A stretch of DNA of 64,000 nt from an uncultured cyanobacterium (GTDB lineage Bacteria; Cyanobacteriota; Cyanobacteriia; PCC-6307; Cyanobiaceae): positions 192,001 through 256,000 of the forward strand of contig CAVXWZ010000011.1 in the NCBI GenBank assembly GCA_963765575.1. The letters are read 5' to 3'. Under the pieces are notes generated by a model, which was not told the DNA's origin, did no database searches, and worked only from the letters and a program-made list of their open reading frames with translations. A program made the translations under genes and the position numbers. Positions 23,030 to 36,737 of the stretch are shown piece after piece (within the stretch, counting starts at the first letter, position 1; every line of letters begins with the position of its first letter).

Positions 23030-24610
23030 TTGAGCGCCGCGAGCGACCACCGGGTGCTGCTGGTGCGGCTGCCCTGCAATCCGATTTTCCCGGTTGGCCC
23101 GATCTATCTGGCCGACCACCTGCACAAGCAGTTCCCCCAGCTGCCCCAGCGCCTCCTCGACCTGGCCGCCGTGCCGGTGCTGGATGTGCAGCGGGTGCTG
23201 CGTCGCACGGTGGATGCCTTCCGGCCCACGCTGCTGGTGTTTTCCTGGCGCGACATCCAGATCTATGCGCCCGTGGATGGCCGCAGTGGCAACCCACTGC
23301 AGCACTCCTTCGAGGTGTTCTATGCCGGCAACCCGCTCAAGCGTCTGCGCGGGGCGATCGGTGGCCTGGGGCTGATGGCGGCCTTCTACGGCGAGCTCTG
23401 GCGCAATCTGCGGCTGGTCAAACAGGGGCTGAAACGGGCCCGCCGCCACCATCGCGACGCCCGGGCCGTGATCGGCGGCGGCGCCGTGAGCGTGTTCTAC
23501 GAGCAGCTCAGCCGCAGGCTGCCCGCCGGCACGGTGGTGTCGGTGGGGGAGGGCGAGCCGCTGCTGGAGAAGCTGATCCGGGGCCAGTCGCTCGCCGCTG
23601 AACGCTGCTTCGTGGCGGGCGAGGCGCCGCGGCCGGGGCTGATCCACGAGCAGCCGGCGGGGATGGAGAAAACCGCCTGCGACTACGACTACATCGCCGG
23701 CATCTGGCCGCAGCTGGAGTGGTACCTCGAGGGCGGCGATTTCTACGTGGGCGTGCAGACCAAGCGCGGCTGCCCCCACAACTGCTGCTACTGCGTCTAC
23801 ACCGTGGTGGAGGGCAAGGCGGTGCGGGTGAACCCCGTGCAGGAGGTGATCGCCGAGATGGGCCAGCTCTATGCCCGCGGGGTGCGTGGCTTCTGGTTCA
23901 CCGATGCCCAGTTCATCCCGGCGCGCCGCTACATCGAGGATGCCAAGCAACTGCTACGGGCGATCCAGGCCCAGGGCTGGAGCGACATCCGCTGGGCCGC
24001 CTACATCCGCGCCGACAACCTCGATGCCGAGCTGGCCGAGCTGATGGTGGCCACCGGCATGGAGTATTTCGAGATCGGCATCACCTCCGGATCCCAGGAA
24101 CTCGTGCGCAAGATGCGCATGGGCTACAACCTGCGCGTGGTGCTGGAAAACTGCCGGCTGCTGGCCCGGGCCGGTTTCCGCCATCACGTGTCGGTGAACT
24201 ACTCATTCAACGTGATCGACGAGCGGCCCGAAACCATCCGCCAGACCGTGGCCTACCACCGCGAGCTGGAGCGCATCTTCGGTGCCGACAAGGTGGAGCC
24301 GGCGATCTTCTTCATCGGCCTGCAGCCCCACACCCACCTGGAGCAGTATGGCTTCGAGCAGGGAATGATCAAGCCCGGCTACAACCCGATGAGCATGATG
24401 CCCTGGGCGGCCCGCAAGACCCTCTGGAATCCCGAGCCGATGGGCAGCACCTTCGGCCGCATCTGCCTGGAGGCTTTTGATCGCAACCCCGGCGATTTCG
24501 GCCGCACGGTGATGGATCTGCTGGAGCGCGACTACGGCCTCGCCCCGCTTGAGGAGGCCCTGCACGCGCCGGTGGAGGGACGCCGGGCCCTGGCCAGCGC
24601 GGTGCGCTGA
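23030..24610 (+). CDS. PSII high-light acclimation radical SAM protein (B12-binding)
   Basis: VRLPCNPIFPVG N-terminus; KRGCPHNCCYC motif. Confidence 0.88.
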   Translation: MSAASDHRVLLVRLPCNPIFPVGPIYLADHLHKQFPQLPQRLLDLAAVPVLDVQRVLRRTVDAFRPTLLVFSWRDIQIYAPVDGRSGNPLQHSFEVFYAGNPLKRLRGAIGGLGLMAAFYGELWRNLRLVKQGLKRARRHHRDARAVIGGGAVSVFYEQLSRRLPAGTVVSVGEGEPLLEKLIRGQSLAAERCFVAGEAPRPGLIHEQPAGMEKTACDYDYIAGIWPQLEWYLEGGDFYVGVQTKRGCPHNCCYCVYTVVEGKAVRVNPVQEVIAEMGQLYARGVRGFWFTDAQFIPARRYIEDAKQLLRAIQAQGWSDIRWAAYIRADNLDAELAELMVATGMEYFEIGITSGSQELVRKMRMGYNLRVVLENCRLLARAGFRHHVSVNYSFNVIDERPETIRQTVAYHRELERIFGADKVEPAIFFIGLQPHTHLEQYGFEQGMIKPGYNPMSMMPWAARKTLWNPEPMGSTFGRICLEAFDRNPGDFGRTVMDLLERDYGLAPLEEALHAPVEGRRALASAVR

Positions 24611-24623
24611 GAACTCGTAAGCA

Positions 24624-25101
24624 GTGGTCTTGCTTGAGCGCCCCCTGAAATCCTGGCAGGCTGAATCCCTCCATATGCTTGGGTTCGGTAAAGACAGACT
24701 GCGCCTCGGATCTTGGTACTCTCTCCCTCCGATCAGCATTGAAAAGCTATTTGTTACGAAACAGACGCGCCTCCACTGGGGCAGGACCACGCTTTGATGC
24801 CATTTCTCCGTATGCCGTCAGCGAGCTGAGACGGCGATTAGGCATTCCCATGCGGATGAGGCAAGGTGAATCGATGCATCGTTCACAGACTCGCCTTCGC
24901 TTATACATCAGCAGATCTGATGCTGCGACTCGAAGAGTGGTGAATGAGCCTGAGACTGAGTTGTTTCTGGAGAAGCAAGGGTTTCAGATCCTGAGACTTC
25001 AGAGATTCCTTCGCCTGTCAAGTGCGGCTGTTTCAAGGAGCATCGCATATCCTGGCGGTGCATGGTGGTGGTTTGCGAATTTAGCTCGCTGCAGCAAGTA
25101 G
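24624..25101 (+). pseudogene. glycosyltransferase family 61 remnant
   Basis: WQAESLHMLG / RLYISRSDAATRRVVNE..GF / QVRLFQGASHILAVHGGG / ANL in shifting frames; lower GC. Confidence 0.7.
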
Positions 25102-25166
25102 AGTGCTTTCGAGGTTTGAATGAGTGCTATCGGCAGATGCTTGCTAGCGAATGCATTGCTGATTGG

Positions 25167-25958
25167 TTAAGAGTCTGCAAAAGGATGTCTGATCTTCAGC
25201 TTCTTGAGTCTTTTCTGAAAGGCGCATGACCGGATCTTTGATTCTCGATGCAGTGATTTCAGCCATTCTTCTTCCGTATCTAAAATATATCTGCAGAGAT
25301 GCCAGCCTTTGCCTTTGTGGCTTCTGAGGCGTTGCCTGTCTGATGCGTCAACACCATAGCCCTCGAGTTTGTCTCTCGCGGATTGCTGGAGCCACGCATA
25401 GGGCTTGTTGTGGAGGTGTAGGTAGGAGATCTCGCTGTCAAGGGCGGCATGCTCTGCTTGGCAGCTGTGGCTACCCGCATCCAGATCGCAGAACTTTGTT
25501 GTGGTCATGAAGACCTTGCCAGGTCTGGACTTGGACATCGGCAGAAAGATGCAGAAATCCCACGGGGCATTGTTGAGCCGGCGCTTGGCCTTGTAAATCT
25601 GACCCTTCATGAGTGAGGCGATGTAGGCCCTGATCTGGCTGGGCTTACAGGTGATTTGCGACCCGCGATCGAGACAGATGAATTCATCGCAATCCAGCGG
25701 GAAAAGAACCTGGGCCTGGTTGCCTTGGCCCATGCTCTTGAGCTCGGCCTCAAGCGCCCAGCCTTTATGAGCAAAGTCCATGTTCGCGTACCTGTCCCAA
25801 ACAACATGGGCGCCAGCTCTTTGCGCTTCTTGGAGGTATCCAATGGTTCGCTCGCATGTCGAACCATGATCCAGGATTCGAAGTGACTGATACCCAAAGA
25901 GCGCAGCGTGATACCGCACCCAGGTATCCAATAGTTCGCCCTCATTGCGTTGCATCAT
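25167..25958 (-). CDS. glycosyltransferase family 2-like protein
   Basis: MQRNEGELLDTWVRYH, ILDHGST, PLDCDEF and GKVF motifs; lower GC. Confidence 0.8.
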   Translation of the reverse strand: MMQRNEGELLDTWVRYHAALFGYQSLRILDHGSTCERTIGYLQEAQRAGAHVVWDRYANMDFAHKGWALEAELKSMGQGNQAQVLFPLDCDEFICLDRGSQITCKPSQIRAYIASLMKGQIYKAKRRLNNAPWDFCIFLPMSKSRPGKVFMTTTKFCDLDAGSHSCQAEHAALDSEISYLHLHNKPYAWLQQSARDKLEGYGVDASDRQRLRSHKGKGWHLCRYILDTEEEWLKSLHRESKIRSCAFQKRLKKLKIRHPFADS

Positions 25959-26809
25959 CACCAGTCGGCGAGGCTTCCAGCGAGCACTGGCTGGTTGAGA
26001 ATCAGGCTCAGCAGCCCCACCAGCCCCACCCAGCCCACCAGTCCTCCCAGTGGGTTCACGTCGGTGGCTGCGCCGGGCCCAATCCACCAGGAGGGGGCAC
26101 CCGCCACGATCACGATCAGCCCCTTCTGCACCAGGAACCAACCGCCCACCAGGACGCCATGAAGCATGATCGCCCCCCAGATTGAGCCGCGATCGGTGCG
26201 TTTTCTGAGGCCAAGAATGAGCCCCAGCAGCAGCAGGCCTCCCAGCAGCGTCAGTTTCGCCAGCCCCGACTCTCGATACCACGGGTGCACGAGGGCATAG
26301 ATGGCTGCCTGGAGCCCCAGGGCCCGTTGTGGGCTCAGCCGCAGGCCCAACTCCCCGAACAGCCAACCCCTGAACAGCAGTTCTTCGGCAAAGCCCACGC
26401 CCAACCCCAGCAGCAGGGCTTCGAGCATCAAGGTGGGCGTGAGCCTGGGTGTCCACGCTGCAGCGCCGCTCAGCAGCAACAACACCGTGACCCCACAGAG
26501 CAACGCTGCGGCCTGGAGTGAGGCGTTCCGCGCCTGCCGCCCCCCCGTCGCTGGGGCGATGGCCAGCCCCAGAGCCCGCCAGGGCGCTTGGGATTCCCAG
26601 AGCCTCCGGATCCGCCCCGGCAGGGTGGCCAGCAGCAGCAGCAGCGCCAGCACCAAAGCGGCCAGATCCACCTGATCGGCCCGCCACGCTGGTGTCAGCA
26701 GGGTCAGCGGCCGGGCCAGCAGCCAGCCTGCTGCCAGCAGCAGCGGCACATAGGCCACCGTGCTCAGCCAGTGGGGACCGCGGCAGGGGATGCCCCCGGC
26801 GGCCGCCAT
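25958..26809 (-). CDS. CPBP (CAAX) intramembrane metalloprotease
   Basis: AEELLFRGWL, YALVH and AIMLHG motifs; multiple TM segments. Confidence 0.9.
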   Translation of the reverse strand: MAAAGGIPCRGPHWLSTVAYVPLLLAAGWLLARPLTLLTPAWRADQVDLAALVLALLLLLATLPGRIRRLWESQAPWRALGLAIAPATGGRQARNASLQAAALLCGVTVLLLLSGAAAWTPRLTPTLMLEALLLGLGVGFAEELLFRGWLFGELGLRLSPQRALGLQAAIYALVHPWYRESGLAKLTLLGGLLLLGLILGLRKRTDRGSIWGAIMLHGVLVGGWFLVQKGLIVIVAGAPSWWIGPGAATDVNPLGGLVGWVGLVGLLSLILNQPVLAGSLADW

Positions 26810-27132
26810 CAGCTCTCCGGTTCCAGGCTGCTGGACAGTCCCTTGCCCTTGAGCGTTTCGCAGTAGAACTCCGCCGGCTCCAGGTCGCACACGATCACCA
26901 GGCCCACGCCGGTGTTGTGGGCCTGGAGCATCACGGCGATGGCGTCCTGTTCGCTCAGGGCGGGCACCACCTCCCGCAGGGTCGTGACCACGTACTCCAT
27001 TGAGTTCACTGGGTCGTTGTGGAGCAGCACCTTGTAGCGGGGCGAGGGCTTGCGCACCCGCTGCGGCGCTTTCTCCATCACGGCGGCGCCGCCGCTCTCG
27101 CGGCCGGGAGCCTGGGTCGCTGTTGGGCTCAT
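26809..27132 (-). CDS. clpS: Clp protease adaptor ClpS (start uncertain)
   Basis: YKVLLHNDPVNSMEYVV and AEFYCETL motifs. Confidence 0.95.
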   Translation of the reverse strand: MSPTATQAPGRESGGAAVMEKAPQRVRKPSPRYKVLLHNDPVNSMEYVVTTLREVVPALSEQDAIAVMLQAHNTGVGLVIVCDLEPAEFYCETLKGKGLSSSLEPES

Positions 27133-27188
27133 GACTTGTGTTGGTATGGCTGGCAGCTTCATGACGGCCCCTCCATTTAAGGACGGGA

Positions 27189-28415
27189 TCACAGGGCGCG
27201 GATCCGCTGCATGGCGGCGTCCACGTTGGCGCGGCTGTTGAAGGCCGACAGGCGGAAGTAACCCTCGCCAGCGGCCCCGAAGCCGCTGCCCGGCGTGCCC
27301 ACCACGTGGGCGCTGCCCAGCAGGTGGTCGAAGAAGGCCCAGGAGTCGTGCCCGGCCGGTGTCTTCAGCCACACGTAGGGGGCGTGTTCGCCGCCATGCA
27401 CCGCGATGCCGGCGGCGCCCAGTTCGCGGCGGATGATCGCCGCGTTCTCCATGTAGAAGGCCACCAGCGCCTTCACCTGGGCCTGGCCAGCGGGCGAATA
27501 CACGGCTTCAGCGCCGCGCTGCACGATGTAGCTGACGCCGTTGAATTTGGTGCTCTGGCGCCGGTTCCAGAGCCCCCACAGCTCCACAGGCTCGCCATCG
27601 GCGGCGGTGCCCATCAGCCCGCGGGGCACCACGGTGAAGGCGCAGCGGGTGCCGGTGAAGCCGGCGTTCTTGGAGAAGGAGCGGAATTCGATCGCGCACT
27701 CCCGTGCCCCCTCGATCTCGTAGATCGAATGGGGCAGATCCGGGTCCTGGATGAAGGCCTCATAGGCGGCGTCGAAGAGGATCAGGGCGCCGTTGGCGCG
27801 GGCGTAGTCCACCCAGGCCTGCAGCTGCTCCCGGGTGGCCACCGCGCCGGTGGGGTTGTTGGGAAAACACAGATAGATCAGGTCCACCGCTTCGGCAGGA
27901 ATCGGGGCGCTGAAGTGGTTCTCGGCGCTGATCGGCAGATAGGTGAGGCCGCCGTAGCGACCGCCGGCATCGGCCTCGCCGGTGCGGCCCGCCATCACGT
28001 TGCTGTCCACATACACCGGATACACCGGGTCGGTGACGGCGATGCGGTTGTGGGGCCCGAGGATGTCGAGGATGTTGGCGCTGTCGCACTTGCTGCCGTC
28101 CGACACGAAGATCTCGTCGGCGCTCACCTGGCAGCCGCGGGCCTGGAAATCGTGGCTGGCGATCGCCTCCCGCAGCCAGCCGTAGCCCTGCTCGGGGCCG
28201 TAGCCGTGGAAGCCCTCGCGGCTGCCCATCTCGTCGATGGCGGCGTGCATCGCCTGGCGGCAGGCCAGGGGCAGCGGTTCGGTGACATCGCCGATGCCCA
28301 GCCGGATGATCGCCGCGTCTGGATTGGCCTCGCTGAAGGCCTTCACCCGCCGGGCAATCTCGGGAAACAGATAGCCCGCCTTGAGCTTGAGGTAGTTGCC
28401 GTTGACCTGAACCAC
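27189..28415 (-). CDS. dapL: LL-diaminopimelate aminotransferase
   Basis: [22 protein letters not shown] and [10 protein letters not shown] motifs. Confidence 0.96.
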   Translation of the reverse strand: MVQVNGNYLKLKAGYLFPEIARRVKAFSEANPDAAIIRLGIGDVTEPLPLACRQAMHAAIDEMGSREGFHGYGPEQGYGWLREAIASHDFQARGCQVSADEIFVSDGSKCDSANILDILGPHNRIAVTDPVYPVYVDSNVMAGRTGEADAGGRYGGLTYLPISAENHFSAPIPAEAVDLIYLCFPNNPTGAVATREQLQAWVDYARANGALILFDAAYEAFIQDPDLPHSIYEIEGARECAIEFRSFSKNAGFTGTRCAFTVVPRGLMGTAADGEPVELWGLWNRRQSTKFNGVSYIVQRGAEAVYSPAGQAQVKALVAFYMENAAIIRRELGAAGIAVHGGEHAPYVWLKTPAGHDSWAFFDHLLGSAHVVGTPGSGFGAAGEGYFRLSAFNSRANVDAAMQRIRAL

Positions 28416-28516
28416 TGCAGCGCCGCTCGCATGCACGGCATCCTGCTACGCCACCAGGCCGGTCCGGGGCTGACGGGCCTGCATACCATCGAGGCCAGCC
28501 CCTGGCCCCCGCGCCC

Positions 28517-31198
<2,682 letters not shown>

Positions 31199-31204
<6 letters not shown>

Positions 31205-31605
31205 TCTCCGCCACAGGCGACACCGCTGTCTGCCGCAAGCTTCTCGCCGCCCCGCGCAGCGCCACAAGCTCTCCCAGCGCCACCAGCATCCGGTGGGTCC
31301 AGCGAGGGTGATGCCCCAGGGTCATCCCCAGCGACGACTTCACTCCCCAGTTTCACTGCTTCAGCTTCACCAGCTCAGCTCCGGTTTGACCTGGATCCGG
31401 CACGGCTCAACAACCCGTTTCCGGCCGCCAGTCATCCCCGGCTGAGCCCAGTCGCCGCCAACCCTCGACATCGTGCTTTCCCGGTCGCGTGCCGTTGAGA
31501 AAGCTTCCGTAGATCCATGGTTCCCGGTGGCGCCCCTGGCTGCCGCCCCTTCCCTGCAGCCGCTGTCCCCCAGGCCGGGCCCCGGATGGCCCATCCCCCC
31601 AACCC
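31199..31605 (+). promoter_or_regulatory. rne promoter and long 5' UTR
   Basis: Extended -10 TGnTAATCT at 31199-31207; about 400 nt with no credible ORF before rne. Confidence 0.5.
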
Positions 31606-33624
31606 ATGCCCCAGCAGATCGTCATTGCCGAGCAGCTGCGGATCGCCGCAGTTCTCAACGATGACCGCGTAGACGAACTGGTCGTTGCCCAGGGCCGTTA
31701 CCAGATTGGTGACGTCTATCTCGGCACCGTCGAAAATGTTCTCCCCGGCATCGATGCAGCCTTTGTCAACATCGGCGAAAGCGAGAAAAATGGTTTCATT
31801 CACATCACCGACCTCGGCCCCCTGCGCCTGAAGAAAGGCGGAGCCGGCATCACCGAGCTGCTCGAACCGAAGCAGAAGGTGCTGGTGCAGGTGATGAAGG
31901 AGCCCACCGGCACCAAGGGGCCGCGGCTCACCGGCAATCTCGCCCTGCCCGGGCGCTTCCTGGTGCTGCAGCCCCACGGCCAGGGGGTGAACATCTCCCG
32001 CCGGATCGACGGCGAGCATGAGCGCAACCGTCTGCGCGCCCTGGGGGTTCTGATCAAGCCCCCGGGCGCCGGTCTGCTGGTGCGCACCGAAGCGGAGGGG
32101 GTGCCCGAAGACCAGCTGATCGACGATCTCGAGGCCCTGCTGCGCCAGTGGGAGGCGATCGAGTCGGCAGCCGAGACGGCCTCGCCGCCGGTGCTGCTGA
32201 ACCGCGATGAAGACTTCATCCACCGGGTGCTGCGCGACCTCTACAGCCCCGAGGTGGTGCGGGTGGTGGTGGACACCGCCGGTGCGGTGGCGCGCGCCAA
32301 CGCCTTCCTGGGCGTGGACCACGCCAATGTGCAGGTGGACGCCCACGGCGAGCCCACCGAAATCCTCGAGTACCACCGGGTCAACGCGGCCATCCGCGAT
32401 GCCCTCAAGCCCCGGGTGGAGCTGCCCTCCGGTGGCTACGTGATCATCGAGCCCACCGAGGCGCTCACCGTCGTCGACGTCAACTCCGGTTCCTTCACGC
32501 GCTCCGCCAACGCCCGCGAAACGCTGCTCTGGACCAACTGTGAGGCGGCGGTGGAGATCGCCCGCCAGCTGAAGCTGCGCAACATCGGCGGTGTGGTGAT
32601 CGTGGACTTCATCGACATGGGGTCCCGCCGCGACCAGCTGCAGCTCCTGGAGCACTTCACCCAGGCGATGCGCGACGACACCTCCCGTCCCCAGATCGCC
32701 CAGATCACCGAGCTCGGCCTGGTGGAGCTCACCCGCAAGCGCCAGGGGCAAAACATCTACGAGCTCTTCGGCCGCGCCTGCCCCACCTGCGGCGGCCTGG
32801 GTCACGTGGCCACGGTGCCCGGCACCGACACGCTCCAGCCCCTGGCCAGCACGGTGGGCCTGGTGCGCTCGGCCGCCTCCGCCCGGGCCGGGGTGCCGGC
32901 CCCCAATGCCGACAGCGAGCCGGCCTCCTCCGGGCGCCGGCGCCGTGGCGGTCGCGGCCGCTCGGCGGCCGCCAGCGCCGACGACGCCTTCACCACCCTG
33001 CCCGTGGTTGCGGTTGAGGCACCATTTGAGACCGGCGCGGCCGTGGCCGAGAGCGCTGGATCCGCTGCCGTGGCCCGGCGCTCTGATCGCTGGCCAGAGC
33101 CCGACCTGGTGGCGGTGCCCATGGATGCCGAGCAGGAGGCCGTCTACGGCTGGCTGGGCCTGAGCCCCACCCTGCTGCTCGACGCTCCCCCCAGCGGTGA
33201 CAACGTGGTGGTGCGTGTGATCCGCCCGGATGCGGATGCCGAGGCCGTGCTCGATGAGGCCCGCCGCGAGCTGGTGGCCAGCGGCTCCCGGCGGCGGCGT
33301 GGCCGGGGCGGGCGGGGATCGGGGGCTGCGGCCCTCGCCGATGCCCCCGCTGCCGAGCGCGCCACCGATTCAGACACCGAAACCGCTGCCGGCTCCGACA
33401 CCGCCAAGGCCCCGCTCACCCGCCGGGCAGCGGCCAGCCCCGCTCCGGTGGAGATCACGCCCTTGCCGCTGCGGGTGCAGCCGCAGCCCGTGGTCACCGT
33501 CTCGGTGCCCACAGCGGCCTCCGATCCCTCTGCCGCCGAGCCCGCCGCCGCCCCACCGGATCCCGAGCCTGAGGACAGCGACCAGCCCCGCCGCCGCCGC
33601 CGCCGCTCCTCGGCCGCCAGCTGA
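31606..33624 (+). CDS. rne: ribonuclease E
   Basis: S1 domain [21 protein letters not shown] and VDFIDM; disordered Arg-rich tail. Confidence 0.97.
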   Translation: MPQQIVIAEQLRIAAVLNDDRVDELVVAQGRYQIGDVYLGTVENVLPGIDAAFVNIGESEKNGFIHITDLGPLRLKKGGAGITELLEPKQKVLVQVMKEPTGTKGPRLTGNLALPGRFLVLQPHGQGVNISRRIDGEHERNRLRALGVLIKPPGAGLLVRTEAEGVPEDQLIDDLEALLRQWEAIESAAETASPPVLLNRDEDFIHRVLRDLYSPEVVRVVVDTAGAVARANAFLGVDHANVQVDAHGEPTEILEYHRVNAAIRDALKPRVELPSGGYVIIEPTEALTVVDVNSGSFTRSANARETLLWTNCEAAVEIARQLKLRNIGGVVIVDFIDMGSRRDQLQLLEHFTQAMRDDTSRPQIAQITELGLVELTRKRQGQNIYELFGRACPTCGGLGHVATVPGTDTLQPLASTVGLVRSAASARAGVPAPNADSEPASSGRRRRGGRGRSAAASADDAFTTLPVVAVEAPFETGAAVAESAGSAAVARRSDRWPEPDLVAVPMDAEQEAVYGWLGLSPTLLLDAPPSGDNVVVRVIRPDADAEAVLDEARRELVASGSRRRRGRGGRGSGAAALADAPAAERATDSDTETAAGSDTAKAPLTRRAAASPAPVEITPLPLRVQPQPVVTVSVPTAASDPSAAEPAAAPPDPEPEDSDQPRRRRRRSSAAS

Positions 33625-34307
33625 GCTCGGCCGCGGGCTCCCGACTGGCCCCCGACCCCTGGCTGGGCCGGGAACCGCAGCGCTGCGCCGGCGTCGATGA
33701 GGTGGGCCGGGGCTGCCTGTTCGGGCCGGTGTTCGCCGCGGCGGTGGTGCTGCCCGCCGCTGCCCTCGAGCCCCTGCAGCGCCTTGGCCTCACCGACAGC
33801 AAGGCGCTCTCAGCGGGCCGCCGCGCCGCCCTGGTGCCGGCAATCCAGCACGGGGCCGAGGCCTGGGCCCTGGGCCAGGCCTCGGCCGCCGAGATCGATC
33901 GCCTCGGCATCCGCGCCGCCACCGAGCTGGCCATGCTGCGGGCGCTGCACAAACTGGCCGCCGCCCCGGAGCTGCTGATCGTGGATGGGGTGCTGCCGCT
34001 GCGGGGCTGGGGCGGAGTCCAGGCCACCATGGCGAAGGGTGACCGGCTCTGCCCGGCGATCGCCGCCGCCAGCGTGGTCGCCAAGCAGGCCCGCGACCAC
34101 TTGGTGCATCAGCTGGCGGCGCGCTACCCGGGCTATGGCCTTGAGCGGCACGTGGGCTACGGCACCCCCCAGCACCGCGCGGCCCTGCTGCAGCTCGGCG
34201 TCACCCCGCTGCATCGGCGCAGCTTTCTGACTCGATGGCTGGGGGTGGATTCTGGCGGCACCAGCGCTGGAAATCCTCCACCACCTGCTGGCCCACCCGG
34301 CCCTTGA
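33621..34307 (+). CDS. rnhB: ribonuclease HII (probable CTG start)
   Basis: [25 protein letters not shown] and HRRSF motifs. Confidence 0.93.
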   Translation: MSSAAGSRLAPDPWLGREPQRCAGVDEVGRGCLFGPVFAAAVVLPAAALEPLQRLGLTDSKALSAGRRAALVPAIQHGAEAWALGQASAAEIDRLGIRAATELAMLRALHKLAAAPELLIVDGVLPLRGWGGVQATMAKGDRLCPAIAAASVVAKQARDHLVHQLAARYPGYGLERHVGYGTPQHRAALLQLGVTPLHRRSFLTRWLGVDSGGTSAGNPPPPAGPPGP

Positions 34308-34758
34308 TGCCCAGCAGGATGCCGGCCAGCACGGAGCGGCCGGTGCTCTCCAGCACCCGGGCGGGAATCAGCTTCAGCAGCGGTGGCTGGCTCACCTGCA
34401 CGCTGAGGCTGGCTTCCCCCTCCAGGCCCCGCTCGCCGGCCGCCAGCCAGGAGCGCAGGGTGAGTTGAAAGTCGTCCACCAACCCCAGCCCCTCCAGCTG
34501 GCAGTCGAGGGCCTCCAGCTCCAGCCGCCCCGGGCTGGGGTTGGTGCGCAGCTCCACCACCGGCTGGATCTGCAGCTGGAACACCTGCAGCCGGGTCACG
34601 GTGTAGCTGTAGTGCTGGGGTGCCAGGCGCTTCAGCTGGCTGGGATTGAGCATCGCCTGCACCACCCGCTCCTCTTGCTTCAGGTAGCTGGCGAGCCGCT
34701 CCCTGTGGTGGCGAATGGACAGCTCAAGCTTCTGACTGGCACTGAACGCGAGGGGCAT
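34201..34758 (-). CDS. DUF1997 family protein
   Basis: [22 protein letters not shown]. Confidence 0.85.
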   Translation of the reverse strand: MPLAFSASQKLELSIRHHRERLASYLKQEERVVQAMLNPSQLKRLAPQHYSYTVTRLQVFQLQIQPVVELRTNPSPGRLELEALDCQLEGLGLVDDFQLTLRSWLAAGERGLEGEASLSVQVSQPPLLKLIPARVLESTGRSVLAGILLGIKGRVGQQVVEDFQRWCRQNPPPAIESESCADAAG

Positions 34759-34827
34759 GGCCTGCGGCCTGGCGCGGCATGATCCTATCGACCCACCTTC
34801 GGGTCCCCGTTCGGCTCAGCAGTTCTG

Positions 34828-35703
34828 ATGCGCATCGCCTTCCTTGGCCCCGTTGGCACCTATGGCGAGCAGGCGGCCCTGCAGCTGGTGGAGCTGGAGG
34901 GGATCGTGGATGCCGAATTGGTGCCCCAGCTCGGCATCCGCGCCGTGATCCAGGCCCTGGCCGTCGGCGACTGCGATGCCGCGGTGGTGCCGGTGGAGAA
35001 CTCCGTGGAGGGCGGCGTAACGGCCTGCCTCGATGCCCTCTGGGAGCATCCCGATCTGTCGGTTGCCCATGCCCTGGTGCTGCCGATCCGCCATGCCCTG
35101 CTGGGCAGCGGTGCGATCGACGGCGTCAGCGAGGTGCTCTCCCATCCCCAGGCCCTCGCCCAGTGCAGCCAGTGGCTGGCCGTCCATCTGCCGGATGCCT
35201 TGCAGCTGCCCACCAGCTCCACGGCCGACGCCGCCCGCATGGTGGCCGGCAGTCGCTTCCGGGCCGCGATCGCCTCCCGCCAGGCGGGCGTTGAACACGG
35301 GCTCAGCGAGCTGGCCTACCCGATCAACGACGCCGCTGGAAACTGCACCCGCTTTCTGCTGTTGCGCCGGGGCGTCCGCAGCAGCAGCGGGCCGCTGGCC
35401 AGCCTGGCCTTTTCCCTGCGCTCCAACCAGCCCGGGGCCCTGCTGGAGGCGCTGGCCTGTTTCGCCCACCGGGACCTCAACATGAGCCGGATCGAATCGC
35501 GCCCCTCCAAGCGCGAGATGGGGGAATACATCTTCTTTGTGGACCTGGCCCTGCCGGCGGATTCGCAGCGCCCGCCCGCCGCCCAGCCCGCTGCCGAGCC
35601 GTCTGCCCTGACTGAGGCCCTGACTGAGGCCCTCGAGGAGCTGGAGCCCCGCTGCCAGCACCTCAAGCTCTTTGGTGCCTATCCGCTCACCAACCTGGCC
35701 TGA
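34828..35703 (+). CDS. pheA: prephenate dehydratase
   Basis: FLGPVGTY, PVENSVEG, SHPQALAQC, TRF and IESRP motifs. Confidence 0.96.
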   Translation: MRIAFLGPVGTYGEQAALQLVELEGIVDAELVPQLGIRAVIQALAVGDCDAAVVPVENSVEGGVTACLDALWEHPDLSVAHALVLPIRHALLGSGAIDGVSEVLSHPQALAQCSQWLAVHLPDALQLPTSSTADAARMVAGSRFRAAIASRQAGVEHGLSELAYPINDAAGNCTRFLLLRRGVRSSSGPLASLAFSLRSNQPGALLEALACFAHRDLNMSRIESRPSKREMGEYIFFVDLALPADSQRPPAAQPAAEPSALTEALTEALEELEPRCQHLKLFGAYPLTNLA

Positions 35704-36668
35704 GGGCCGGCCTTGCGGCCGCGGAAGACCCCGAACTGCATCAGGCCGCTGGCGAAGGCCCAGCGCATCAGCAGGATCGTGGGCGTTTCGCGCAGGCCCT
35801 GCAGCACGGCCCCGGGCCCCAGCCCGAGCACGGCGCCGGGGCGGCGCACCCCTTCGAGGATCGAATCGATCCAGGAGGGCAGCGTGGCGGCCGTCCAGTC
35901 GGCCGTATCCACCGTGATCCCGCCGGCCCAGGGGCTGGCTTCGAGGTTGTGCTGCAGGGAGCGGATGCTGGCGAATTCCGGGTGGGCCCACTGCTCGAGC
36001 AGCTGACGCATCACCCAGCGCTCGCGGGCGGTCATGGCGCCATCGCGGCGGTCGCGGCGGTTCCAGTCGGCCACCGCCAGGGTCCCCCCGGGCCGCAGCA
36101 CCCGCAGCAACTCGTCGGCGTAGCGCTGCTTGTCAGGCATGTGGGGTGAAGCCTCCACGCTCCACACCGCATCGACACTGCCGTCGGCCAGCTCCAGGGC
36201 CAGGGCATCCATCACCGCAAAGCGGCAGTGGCCCAGCTCCGGCGCCGTCAGGGCCCGGGCGCGCTCGATCTGGGCCGGGCTGATGCTGATGCCGAGCACC
36301 TCCAGGCCGTAGTGGCGGGCCAGGATGCGGGCGCTGCCGCCGATGCCGCAGCCCACATCGAGCACCCTGGAGCCGGGGGGCAGCTGGTCGAGGCCACTCC
36401 AGTGCGCCAGTTCGTGCACGAAGGCCACCTTGGCCTGGCGAAAGTCCACGGCCCCGGGCCGGACCGGCGGATCGCCGTAGTGGCCCAGGTGGATGTGGTC
36501 ACCCCAGAGGCGCTCCAGCAGCTGGTCGTCGGTCCAGCGGTCGTAGGCGGCCGCCACGCTGGCGCTGTCGGTGTAGCGCCGGTTGCGCCGTAGCCAGAGG
36601 GCGCTGCCCGTGGCGGCCACCCCCAGGGTGGTGAGGCCAGCGGCCAGGGCCCAGCTCACAGGAGTCAT
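35679..36668 (-). CDS. SAM methyltransferase (MPBQ/MSBQ methyltransferase-like)
   Basis: WGDHIHLGHY, VLDVGCGIGGS and ADWN motifs. Confidence 0.88.
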   Translation of the reverse strand: MTPVSWALAAGLTTLGVAATGSALWLRRNRRYTDSASVAAAYDRWTDDQLLERLWGDHIHLGHYGDPPVRPGAVDFRQAKVAFVHELAHWSGLDQLPPGSRVLDVGCGIGGSARILARHYGLEVLGISISPAQIERARALTAPELGHCRFAVMDALALELADGSVDAVWSVEASPHMPDKQRYADELLRVLRPGGTLAVADWNRRDRRDGAMTARERWVMRQLLEQWAHPEFASIRSLQHNLEASPWAGGITVDTADWTAATLPSWIDSILEGVRRPGAVLGLGPGAVLQGLRETPTILLMRWAFASGLMQFGVFRGRKAGPQARLVSG

Positions 36669-36737
36669 CAAGAGTTGGAGGGTCCGGGTCCTTGCCGGTG
36701 AGGCGACCAGCGGCGCGGGCTGTGGGGGGCGCGAGGG

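Noticed and set aside
25959..26687. N-terminal half of the 506-aa ORF fused to the GT2
   Set aside because: Out-of-frame overlap with the CPBP protease gene; low-complexity translation
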